A stretch of DNA of 64,000 nt from an uncultured Alphaproteobacteria bacterium. GTDB taxonomy: Bacteria; Pseudomonadota; Alphaproteobacteria; CAAGCB01; CAG-977. The translations under genes were made by a program, and so were the position numbers. A model generated the notes under the pieces. That model saw only the letters and a program-made list of their open reading frames with translations, had not been told where the DNA came from and did not search any database. The stretch is taken from positions 40,189 through 104,188 of the forward strand of contig CALXOZ010000001.1 of NCBI GenBank assembly GCA_944390195.1, written 5' to 3'. How positions within the stretch are numbered: position 1 is the first letter of the stretch; the number at the start of each line of letters is the position of its first letter. Positions 11,266 to 19,768 of this stretch are shown in pieces.

Positions 11266-11699
11266 TTTTTCTTTGATTGTTTCGGATTGTCAATCATTAT
11301 GCGAATATCTGTCCCTGAGGGCAACTTGGCAGAAAAAATAAAACATTCTCGCCCCAAATCCTCTTTGCTGAGTGATTCAAAAAAATCAAGCATTTGTTGC
11401 AATGTAACCTTTTTCATTGGCTCCATCTTTGGAATCTCTTCCAATTTCTTTGTATAAAAAGTTCTAACCCAACGCGATATTGTTTGCACACTGACACCGA
11501 CCAAACGCGCAATCATGCTCATGGATAAACCGGACGCATATAACATGACAGCCGTTCTTTTTTCATGATCACTACGCCCGTGTGGTTTCGTCCTAGTATA
11601 TTGATACCCGCATTTTTTACACTTATAACGCTGAAGACCAAAGATAAACCCGTTTTTAACTGCTTGTTCACAACCACATCTCAAACACTTCAATTGCAT
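11262..11699 (-). CDS. IS1-family InsA-like Zn-ribbon/HTH protein without transposase catalytic domain
   Basis: CxxC...KNG...QRYKCKKCG zinc ribbon, then HTH (GLSMSMIARLVGVSVQTISRWV). Strong AGGAG RBS. No DDE domain or terminal IRs seen. Confidence 0.75.
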   Translation of the reverse strand: MQLKCLRCGCEQAVKNGFIFGLQRYKCKKCGYQYTRTKPHGRSDHEKRTAVMLYASGLSMSMIARLVGVSVQTISRWVRTFYTKKLEEIPKMEPMKKVTLQQMLDFFESLSKEDLGRECFIFSAKLPSGTDIRIMIDNPKQSKKN

Positions 11700-12025
11700 T
11701 CATTTTCTCCTACCCCCTCTACTTTTATACTCCAAGGATATTTTTTGAAAATCAAGCAAAAAAAATTTATCATTTTTCTAATGATAAAGATAAATTTTAT
11801 TTTCTTATTATTTTTCATGAAGTTATAATTCAATCATTTTTATAAATAAAAAAATAATATGCAAAATTTTATCTAAAAGTCTTTTTTACTTAAGATTACT
11901 CTTAATTAAAAAACATTTTTCTCAGAAGAAATATCATTATAAATGTTAATAAAATAAAAAATCATTGCTTCTCTACGGTTTTCAGAGCAACCTATACAAT
12001 AGAACTATATTTCAGGAAAAAAATA

Positions 12026-12760
12026 ATGAAAAAATTTTTCACTTGCTTTTGGATGGCTCCCGCCATTGTTATTTCAGTCTTAGCGATCTCTTTTACTATC
12101 GCTTTCACCTTTTTCAATTCATGTCTGATCGATTACACACGAAACACAGGTCCCACAGATATGACCACTTATCTATGTTACATCACGTTATTTGTTTGTC
12201 TGGCTTTGTTTCGAAACGACTTTAAAACAAAACATGAAAAAAATATGTGGCTGATCTTTTGCTTCTTTGCCGGAGCCGCCCTTCTCCGGGAAGCTGGCAT
12301 TCAACATTGGTTAACCTTTACGGATACAACTGCTTTCAAGTTACGTTTCTTTACAAACCCTGACAACCCTTTATATGAAAAAATCATTGCCTTCTTCTGT
12401 CTTTTAAGCGTAAGCGGATTATTTATTTATACAATGTTTTTATACCTGATCCCCTCTTTCAAAGGACTCTTTCTTAAAATGCCCGGATCATGGACTGTTA
12501 TCACGTTATTATCCACAGGCGCTCTTTGTAAAATAATTGACCGTTTACCCGCCAATTTAAAAAAAACAGGTGTTTTTCTTGATAAACAAGGCGTTCCTTT
12601 TGCCATTTGTCAAATTTCAGAAGAAACTTTGGAATTAATGCTTCCTGTTTTAGCGATGATTGCTTTAATCCAATTTCATAAAAATAAAAACCTGTTTTTC
12701 CCTTATAACGAAAAGGAATACATTCATACAAATGAGGATTTCTCTTTAAAAAGAAACTAA
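12026..12760 (+). CDS. Hypothetical multi-pass membrane protein
   Basis: 244-aa ORF with about 6 hydrophobic segments, AGGA RBS, followed by a terminator. Confidence 0.7.
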   Translation: MKKFFTCFWMAPAIVISVLAISFTIAFTFFNSCLIDYTRNTGPTDMTTYLCYITLFVCLALFRNDFKTKHEKNMWLIFCFFAGAALLREAGIQHWLTFTDTTAFKLRFFTNPDNPLYEKIIAFFCLLSVSGLFIYTMFLYLIPSFKGLFLKMPGSWTVITLLSTGALCKIIDRLPANLKKTGVFLDKQGVPFAICQISEETLELMLPVLAMIALIQFHKNKNLFFPYNEKEYIHTNEDFSLKRN

Positions 12761-12765
12761 AAATA

Positions 12766-12794
12766 AAAGGCTTTAATTTTTAATTAAAGCCTTT
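12766..12794. terminator. Bidirectional terminator-like hairpin
   Basis: AAAGGCTTTAATT-TTT-AATTAAAGCCTTT between convergent genes. Confidence 0.7.
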
Positions 12795-12813
12795 ATCTTT
12801 TTATTTAATTTCT

Positions 12814-13314
12814 TTAATCCGATAATTCAAGAATATCACATAATTTAACAGTGGCTTCTTTTGTATTTATCTTTTCCAATGCAGCCAATTCATTCGCCAA
12901 ACGATCCAAAGCTTGTTCATAAATTTGACGTTCACTGTATGATTGATCCGATTGCGATTGAGAACGATACAAATCCCGAACGACTTCCGCTATAGAAACA
13001 GGATCCCCTGAATTTATTTTCGCCTCGTATTCTTGAGCCCTACGGCTCCACATCGTACGTTTCACTTTGGACTTGCTCCGCAATGTTTCCAAAGCCGTAT
13101 CCATAATATTTCTATTTGATAATTTCCGTAAACCCGAATTCCTTGCCTTGGTCATAGGGACACGCAATGTCATACGATCTTTGTCAAACCGAACTGCAAT
13201 CAGTTCCAATTCCTGTCCCGCAACTGTATCTTTTGTAATACTTAAAACCTTACCAACGCCATGTGTCGGATAAACTACAAAATCACCGGTTGAAAAAGAA
13301 ACTTCTTTCACCAT
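12814..13314 (-). CDS. carD: CarD-family transcription factor
   Basis: GDFVVYPTHGVG, WSRRAQEYEAKINSG, EVVRDL, SYSERQIYE. Confidence 0.95.
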   Translation of the reverse strand: MVKEVSFSTGDFVVYPTHGVGKVLSITKDTVAGQELELIAVRFDKDRMTLRVPMTKARNSGLRKLSNRNIMDTALETLRSKSKVKRTMWSRRAQEYEAKINSGDPVSIAEVVRDLYRSQSQSDQSYSERQIYEQALDRLANELAALEKINTKEATVKLCDILELSD

Positions 13315-13518
13315 ATTACCTACCTTATCAAGGTTTGATCCAAACAGAAAAAAAAGACCTTCCGGTCATTAATACCGTTTTTTCTGCCGTCTGTCATAAA
13401 TAAGGGGAAGCACTGCTTCCCTTCGGACATTCTTTTATACCACATTTTCGTTCTTTTGTGTAGAACTTACTTACATAAAATTCATATTATTTTAATATTT
13501 CATAAATTTCAGTATGTT

Positions 13519-13967
13519 CTAAAAATTATCGGGGGCGGCTATCAAATGCGTTTCCTTTCCATAAAGAACCAAAACACGTTGATCTACAGAAAAACGATTT
13601 TTCATTCCCTGAATGACAGATATCATTTTTCCATTATTCAAACGAACAATATATTGTAACGCTTTTTGTTCACTTAATTCTTTCTGAGCGACATTCCCGA
13701 TTAACCTTCAAACCAACGCTCTGCCAGCAGAAACAAAAATGCGACAGCCCGCTCCAATTGTCGAACCGACAAGACGATCTGCCGCATCCCCTAAAACAGC
13801 GCCTCGAGCCTTTTGAGGCATGTATCCTGACTTTTCAGGCATCAAAACAACACTTTCGCCAACTTATTCTGCCGTACAGACCAAAGAAAGTTTGTAATTG
13901 TCGCCATCGAGTTATATACGCACGAAACTGCCAAAAAGCACAAAAGAATAAATATGATGTTTTTCAT
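13519..13967 (-). pseudogene. SlyB/Pcp-like glycine-zipper outer-membrane lipoprotein pseudogene
   Basis: Manual translation gives MKNIIFILLCFLAVSC (lipobox), a frameshift, then DGDNYKLSLVCTAE*...GAVLGDAADRLVGSTIGAG...SAGRALV*RLIGNVAQKELSEQKALQYIVRLNNGKMISVIQG...FSVDQRVLVLYG. In-frame stops at 13864-13866 and 13708-13710. Confidence 0.75.
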
Positions 13968-14003
13968 TCAAAAACCTCTTATAAAAGTTTAGAGGTTTTT
14001 GAA
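13967..14003. terminator. Hairpin/terminator downstream of gdh
   Basis: TTCAAAAACCTCT / AGAGGTTTTTGAA 13-bp inverted repeat. Confidence 0.65.
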
Positions 14004-14054
14004 CAAATTTTGCTGTGACAATAGCTTGTTCCTGCCGAAAGCGAAGAAAAAAAC

Positions 14055-16373
14055 TTAGGAAAAGATCTCCTTTAAACGGTCGAATTTTTCATCTTTGCGC
14101 GTCATCCAAAGTTCGATTTCCGTTTTTATAGGATCTTCTATGCCATCGCGTAAAATCGTCAACGTCATATTTTCGATTTCCGCCACCAACTGGCGCATCT
14201 CGTCCAATTGCCTGTCAGAAGGCATTTTGGCATCTTTTGATTCTATTAAACCGAACAAAGTCTCCGTCTTATAGGTTTCGGACACAATCAAGTAAGCTTT
14301 TACGATATCAACAATCGGAGCATCACTTTCCGCCCGCATTTTCCCTACAAAATTAACTCCGACACGGTTGATCAGGTTATTGACAATCATTGTTGCACTG
14401 ATCTCACGGTGCAATGGATGTTCTAAAATTTCACTTTTTTCCTCTTTGCGTAACAAGACGGGGAAATAATCTGGCAGCATATTTTCATGAACATACGGAT
14501 CATCCGGCAAATCGCTATTCAAAATAATCTCGTATAAATCCAATTTAGCATAAGCCATCAATACAGCCAATTCAGGACGAGTCAACCCCACCCCTTGATT
14601 AAAGCGGGCGTCCATTTCCGCATCCGAAGGTAAAAATTCCAATTCCCTGTTCAACCGATCCGTTTTTTCCAAAGCATGAATCAGCCTCTTATTCCCCGGA
14701 ATGCTTTTGGCTCCGCGATGATACATATATGACAAAATCTGCGTCTGAAAGTAATTATCCCGCAAAACCAGCGAAGCGACGTCGTCTTGCATTGATTTCA
14801 GCAATTCGTTACGTTGCTGCAACGTCATAGTTCCTTTATCGACCATAGCATTAAGCATAATTTTTATATTAACTTCGTGATCGGAACAATCGACACCGGC
14901 AGAATTATCAACAGCGTCTGTATTTAAACGCCCTCCGTTCAAGGCGTATTCGATACGCGCTTTTTGCGTCAATCCTAAATTTGCGCCTTCAGCAATGACT
15001 TTCGCCCTTAATTTTTGCGCATCTATGCGGCATGCTGCATTCGCATTATCTTTGGCATCCATTTGGGTTTCCATTCCGGATTTCACATAAGTTCCTATCC
15101 CACCGAAATAAAGAAGATCAACCGGAGCTCCCAATAAAGCTTTAATCAATTCATCCGGCGTCAATACGGTTTGAGAAATCCCCAAAACGGAACACGCTTC
15201 TTTTGAAATCGTGATCATTTTTTCTTTTCTGCTGTAAACACCGCCACCGGAAGATAATAAAGAACGGTCATATTGATCCCATCCCGCTTCCGCTTTAAAC
15301 AAGCGTTCACGTTCCTTAAACGACATTTCGGGATCGGGATCCGGATCAATGAAAATTGAGGATGAATTAAATGCGGCTATCAATTTTATATGCTTTGAAC
15401 ACAACATGGCATTGCCAAAAACGTCTCCAGCCATACTGCCCGATCCGACAACGCTGAAATCCTGTTCTTGACAGTCCATACCCATTTCGCGGAAATGGCG
15501 TTTAACACTTTCCCAAGAACCTCTGGCCGTAATTGCCATTCCTTTATGACTGAAACCGGCTGATCCACCCGAAGCGAAAGCATCGCCCAGCCAAAAACCG
15601 TATTCCATAGAAAGACTGTTGGCTATATCTGAAAAGTCCGCCGTCCCCTTATCCGCCGCCACAACCAGATATGGGTCGTCTCCATCATAACGAACAACAT
15701 TTTCCGGAGGAACAATTTTCTTGTTCACAATATTATCCGTTATATCCAACAACCCCCGTATCATCGTTTTATAAGCATGTATCCCGTAAGCCTGCTGTTC
15801 TTCCTTCGTTGCATTTTCCGGAGGATTCTTCGGGAAAAAACCGCCTTTTGAACCGACCGGGACGATAACAACATTCTTTACTTGTTGCGCTTTGACCAAG
15901 CTTAAAATTTCCGTTCTGAAATCTTCTTTTCTGTTCGACCAACGAATACCGCCACGAGCTATCTTGCCAAAACGCAGATGAACAGCATCGACATCCGCCG
16001 AATATACAAAAATTTCCGCCATCGGACGCGGCTTTGGTAAATGATGGATATCTTTCGAGAGAAACTTAAAAGAAACATAATCTTTTTGTCCCTGATAAAA
16101 ATTCGTACGCACCATTGCCTTCAACACCGAAAAGACAGCCTTTAACGCCGTATTCTTAGGCATTTGTGAAGATATTTCCTGTTCCAACGACAAATACGTC
16201 TTTTCCCGTGCTTTTTGCGGATTAAACTTAGAATCGAAATAACTCAGCATCTTTTCTGTGATTTCAGGGTTTTCCTGATATGCCTGCAAAACAGCACGCT
16301 TCGTTGCTATCGTCGTCTGACGGATATAAGAAGCCAAAGCACTTAACAAAAAATCTTGACGTTCTAAAATCAT
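14055..16373 (-). CDS. NAD-specific glutamate dehydrogenase, large (Bac_GDH) family, shortened form
   Basis: HLRFGKIARGGIRWS, LVKAQQVKN, DDPYLVVAADKGTA, GDAFASGGS, EGANLG, DNSAGVDCSDHEVNIK. Only 772 aa. Confidence 0.9.
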   Translation of the reverse strand: MILERQDFLLSALASYIRQTTIATKRAVLQAYQENPEITEKMLSYFDSKFNPQKAREKTYLSLEQEISSQMPKNTALKAVFSVLKAMVRTNFYQGQKDYVSFKFLSKDIHHLPKPRPMAEIFVYSADVDAVHLRFGKIARGGIRWSNRKEDFRTEILSLVKAQQVKNVVIVPVGSKGGFFPKNPPENATKEEQQAYGIHAYKTMIRGLLDITDNIVNKKIVPPENVVRYDGDDPYLVVAADKGTADFSDIANSLSMEYGFWLGDAFASGGSAGFSHKGMAITARGSWESVKRHFREMGMDCQEQDFSVVGSGSMAGDVFGNAMLCSKHIKLIAAFNSSSIFIDPDPDPEMSFKERERLFKAEAGWDQYDRSLLSSGGGVYSRKEKMITISKEACSVLGISQTVLTPDELIKALLGAPVDLLYFGGIGTYVKSGMETQMDAKDNANAACRIDAQKLRAKVIAEGANLGLTQKARIEYALNGGRLNTDAVDNSAGVDCSDHEVNIKIMLNAMVDKGTMTLQQRNELLKSMQDDVASLVLRDNYFQTQILSYMYHRGAKSIPGNKRLIHALEKTDRLNRELEFLPSDAEMDARFNQGVGLTRPELAVLMAYAKLDLYEIILNSDLPDDPYVHENMLPDYFPVLLRKEEKSEILEHPLHREISATMIVNNLINRVGVNFVGKMRAESDAPIVDIVKAYLIVSETYKTETLFGLIESKDAKMPSDRQLDEMRQLVAEIENMTLTILRDGIEDPIKTEIELWMTRKDEKFDRLKEIFS

Positions 16374-16515
16374 GCGTTTCTCTCTATCTTTATTAAAATT
16401 TTTTACAGAATATACTTCTGATTATCAAACAACAAGTTTTTTTAGAAACGATGAAATATCTTTTCTTTCTTTTTCAAAACAGATAAAAAAGAAAAAGTTA
16501 TAGGAAAAGTTACAG

Positions 16516-17019
16516 ATGAAAAAAAATCTTTTCGTGCGTATCTTGAATCATATCACTTCTTTTTTTAAATATCCGCTCTATCTTTTCAACCTTGCCTTGT
16601 TGACAGGTCTAGGCATTCAGATTGCAAAATTATGGCTTTCAGATCAATTCGACTTCTTTGAAACCGTTATAGCTTTTCCGGACGAACCGGAATTCATCAA
16701 TCAAAACGAAGCAAAAAAACAATTCTGGACAGCCGTAACGATTGAAAGCATCATTTTTATCCTTGGCGGATTTTTGTGCTATGAATTATTGATCAAGAAA
16801 AAAAGCATAAAAAAGGGATTGATTGCCTGTCTTCTTATCATTTTTCTATGGACTGCCGGAGAAAGCGCTTTTTTATTTATGCCGGCAACGGAAAAAGCTC
16901 ATAGCATCCGAACCTGTTTGTCTTTTGATATCTCTTGGGACACAAAAAAACATAAATGCAGGTTGATGGATTTGGAAATCAAGCGTTTGAAAAAATTAAA
17001 AGCATTAAAGAAAAAATAA
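16516..17019 (+). CDS. Hypothetical membrane protein (about 3 TM)
   Basis: 167-aa ORF with AGGA RBS and hydrophobic segments. Confidence 0.6.
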   Translation: MKKNLFVRILNHITSFFKYPLYLFNLALLTGLGIQIAKLWLSDQFDFFETVIAFPDEPEFINQNEAKKQFWTAVTIESIIFILGGFLCYELLIKKKSIKKGLIACLLIIFLWTAGESAFLFMPATEKAHSIRTCLSFDISWDTKKHKCRLMDLEIKRLKKLKALKKK

Positions 17020-17198
17020 CCTCTTTTCCCTTATTGCGATTTTTATCCCATCTCAAGAAAATCCTTATAATTTTTTCCTTGTATTAAGTCCCTTCAACAA
17101 GGCAAGCTTTCTTTTTCTTTTCACGCCATTCAAGACATGGTATAATTTTTAGCGCCAATTAAAAATATTCTTGTTAAAAACGCACGGGGAGCCTTTAA

Positions 17199-17855
17199 AT
17201 GAAAGTGCGCTTTGAAACTTTAGATGCTTTTTTTTCTTCTGATCTCGGGCACAGGTTACAACATCAAATTTGTTCTTTTTTCGTTAAACAAAAAATACAC
17301 GATATCCCCTCCGTCTTGATCGGTTCCGAGTTGCCGTTCCTAACCGCTTTTGAAAAAAACACGCCTCATTTGATTGCCCGAATTAATAATTTCCCTGAAA
17401 AAAACGAAACTTTCCGCCCTCTTTACACATTTCATTCCATCCCCGTCATCTTTGCTTCAGTCTTGACTTTTGACGATTGCCAAAATTGTCCGTTAATCAT
17501 CAAAGAAGCTGCAAGAATTCTTAAATCAAAGGGATTCTTGTTCATGATTATTAAAAATACGACTCTGTTTCAAACGATTTCGATACAAAATTGTAAAGAA
17601 ATTTGTCATAAACATCTATTATCACAGTTAAAATTAAATGGCTTTTCCGTTAAAAACAACCATGGATTGATTTACTTGCCCTTTAACGGAAAAATATTTG
17701 AAAAAACTGAAAACGTTCTTTTCCCCTTGAATTTCAAAGGAGGTACTTTTTCGTTACTCGGAGCACAAAAAAAAATGTTCGTCAATCAATCCGTTAAAAA
17801 CTTCAGATCCGCACGCATGACCAAAGCGTCCGTCTTAACATCTCCGCGCACATAA
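17199..17855 (+). CDS. Hypothetical protein, possibly a degenerate class I SAM-dependent methyltransferase
   Basis: GGGGAG RBS. FFSSDLG N-terminus and IKEAARILKSKGFLFM resemble the methyltransferase post-II motif; no Gly-rich motif I. Confidence 0.5.
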   Translation: MKVRFETLDAFFSSDLGHRLQHQICSFFVKQKIHDIPSVLIGSELPFLTAFEKNTPHLIARINNFPEKNETFRPLYTFHSIPVIFASVLTFDDCQNCPLIIKEAARILKSKGFLFMIIKNTTLFQTISIQNCKEICHKHLLSQLKLNGFSVKNNHGLIYLPFNGKIFEKTENVLFPLNFKGGTFSLLGAQKKMFVNQSVKNFRSARMTKASVLTSPRT

Positions 17856-18244
17856 TATCCCCGACGGACCCCCACTTTTTTAAAGCCTTGACGGTCATAT
17901 AGCGCTAACGCATGACTGTTATCAACGGCAACTTCTAAAAAAACCTCCTGTATGCCGCAATCCGACAAAATGGCGAAAGAACTTTTCAATAACGCGTCTG
18001 AGACATGTAACCCCCTGTAATCGGGTAAAACAGCCAACGTAACAATATCAGCTTGATCCGGACTGTATGTATACATGATCATGCCTGCCGCCTTGCCTTG
18101 TTCATAGGCAATCAATCCTAATGAACCGGACATCAATAACAATTGACGCATAGTGGCTTCATTCCAGCCAGACGAAAAACAGGCTTTATGAATCTCAGAA
18201 TAAGTACTTGAAAAAGAAACGTCTCTGATCTTTATTTCCGGCAT
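17786..18244 (-). CDS. rimI: Ribosomal-protein-alanine N-acetyltransferase
   Basis: LAVLPDYRG, FLEVAVDN, LY...GF...G.RRGYY; follows tsaB. Confidence 0.88.
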   Translation of the reverse strand: MPEIKIRDVSFSSTYSEIHKACFSSGWNEATMRQLLLMSGSLGLIAYEQGKAAGMIMYTYSPDQADIVTLAVLPDYRGLHVSDALLKSSFAILSDCGIQEVFLEVAVDNSHALALYDRQGFKKVGVRRGYYVRGDVKTDALVMRADLKFLTD

Positions 18245-18870
18245 ACTGTTACATCCGGCTGATGCAAATACAAAGGAGCGGGATAGCCCTGTTGCGTTTT
18301 TTTAAGCAAAGAGATCAAACCGACATCAGAGGCGGTAGGCATACAAACGGGACAGATATTTATCTTTCCGATTTCTTGACTTAACCGTTCGACCGCATTT
18401 CCCGCAAACATATAATCACGAGCAAATTTTTTGATTTCTTCCGCTGTCATGGCAGACGGAGCTTCTAAGGCTTCTTTCCCCTGAAAACATTGAACATAAA
18501 AGTCGTCCCTGCGTGTTTCTAAAACCAAACACATCCGTTTCGATAACGTATCATTTCTGAAAATTTTAAAAGCAAGAGCTTCAAAAACACTCACTCCCAC
18601 CATCTTACAACCCGACGCCAAAGCCATTCCGCAAGCGGCTGACAAACCAACACGAACTCCGGTAAAAGAACCTGGCCCCGTTGTTACAGCAATCAAATCC
18701 AATTCTTTAAAATCAAAACAGGCGTTTTTTAAAACCTCACACGTCATCGGAATTAAACGTTCCGCCTGACCGTATTGCATCTGTTCGACTATTTCAAAGA
18801 CAACTTTTTCTCCATCCAAACAAGCGGCAGAACAGCTGTCATGACTGCTGTCTATGGCTAATGTTTTCAT
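18232..18870 (-). CDS. tsaB: tRNA t6A biosynthesis protein TsaB
   Basis: MKTLAIDSS, AERLIPM, GPGSFTGVRVG. Confidence 0.92.
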   Translation of the reverse strand: MKTLAIDSSHDSCSAACLDGEKVVFEIVEQMQYGQAERLIPMTCEVLKNACFDFKELDLIAVTTGPGSFTGVRVGLSAACGMALASGCKMVGVSVFEALAFKIFRNDTLSKRMCLVLETRRDDFYVQCFQGKEALEAPSAMTAEEIKKFARDYMFAGNAVERLSQEIGKINICPVCMPTASDVGLISLLKKTQQGYPAPLYLHQPDVTVCRK

Positions 18871-18871
18871 A

Positions 18872-19753
18872 TTATTTCCCTTTTTCTTGAAGATCTCGGG
18901 CTTCCATTTCCTTTTTTGTTTGATCTTCCCCGTCTTTCTTTGTATCCGGATCGACAGCAGGAATAACCGGCTGATCCGGAGTCCCTTCCATTGTAATTCC
19001 AAAATATTTCAAAAAAGAGGAAAAAATTGACATAAAAGATTCTTGGTTGTTTTCGTCAACCGGAGTCATATATTTTAAAATAAAGTTCTTTTGGTTTAGA
19101 TCCTCTTTCTTTTCTGTTTTAGAATCCGGAGAAGTTTGTTGTTCAGAATCCTCTTTTTTTACAGGATCGCTTTTTTTCTCTGAACTTTCTTTTTCTTCAG
19201 AGCCGTCCTTTTGTTCAGAATCCTCTTTTTTCACAGAAGCGTCTGGATTTTCGCCAGCATCTTCGTCTTTTTCTTTCAAATTGATTTGCAATTCCGGAAA
19301 TTCTTTTAAGATGCGTTCCACCCCTATGAATGAAAGTTTCAACAATTTGCTTTGCTGAATGAATGAAGCTGAAAACATATTTATTAAAAAAGTGAAAAAA
19401 CACAGGAAAAAAGCGGCTCGGAATAAACCAAACAACATTCCCAATGTCGAATCCAAACGTTTAAAACGGCTGTCTTTGACACATCGGATTAAAGACGATA
19501 CAAGCAAACGGAAAAAAATCCAAGCAAGAACCGCTCCTGAAATCAATGCCAGTATTGATGATGTTTGCCCGTGAGGAATATACTTGTAAAAGAAGGGTTG
19601 GAAAACGGGAATAAGGAAATATCCTGTTACTCCTGAAAAAACATAAACGAGCAATTGGAGAATTTCCGCACAAAACCCTCGGCTATAGCCAATAAAAACC
19701 GATAAAAAGATTAAAATTAAAATAAATATGTCTATCTGAGCGTTTGTTTCCAT
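18872..19753 (-). CDS. CvpA-family membrane protein (paralog 2) with acidic low-complexity tail
   Basis: GYSRGFCAEIL, LDSTLGMLFGLFRA; E/K/S-rich C-terminus. Confidence 0.8.
   Translation of the reverse strand: METNAQIDIFILILIFLSVFIGYSRGFCAEILQLLVYVFSGVTGYFLIPVFQPFFYKYIPHGQTSSILALISGAVLAWIFFRLLVSSLIRCVKDSRFKRLDSTLGMLFGLFRAAFFLCFFTFLINMFSASFIQQSKLLKLSFIGVERILKEFPELQINLKEKDEDAGENPDASVKKEDSEQKDGSEEKESSEKKSDPVKKEDSEQQTSPDSKTEKKEDLNQKNFILKYMTPVDENNQESFMSIFSSFLKYFGITMEGTPDQPVIPAVDPDTKKDGEDQTKKEMEARDLQEKGK
19139..19236. repeat. 26-nt direct repeat (1 mismatch) encoding VKKEDSEQ twice
   Basis: TTGTTCAGAATCCTCTTTTTT(T/C)ACAG at 19139 and 19211, 72 nt apart. Confidence 0.8.
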
Positions 19754-19768
19754 TGGTGCCTTCCGATA

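Noticed and set aside
11262-12025. Active IS1 element
   Set aside because: No catalytic DDE/InsB region, terminal inverted repeats or target duplication visible.
13708-13710. TGA at an expected Gly position, suggesting TGA=Gly recoding
   Set aside because: Many core genes here (radA, rimI, mlaF, holA, yggS) end in TGA at the expected length, and the same locus also has a TAA and a frameshift.
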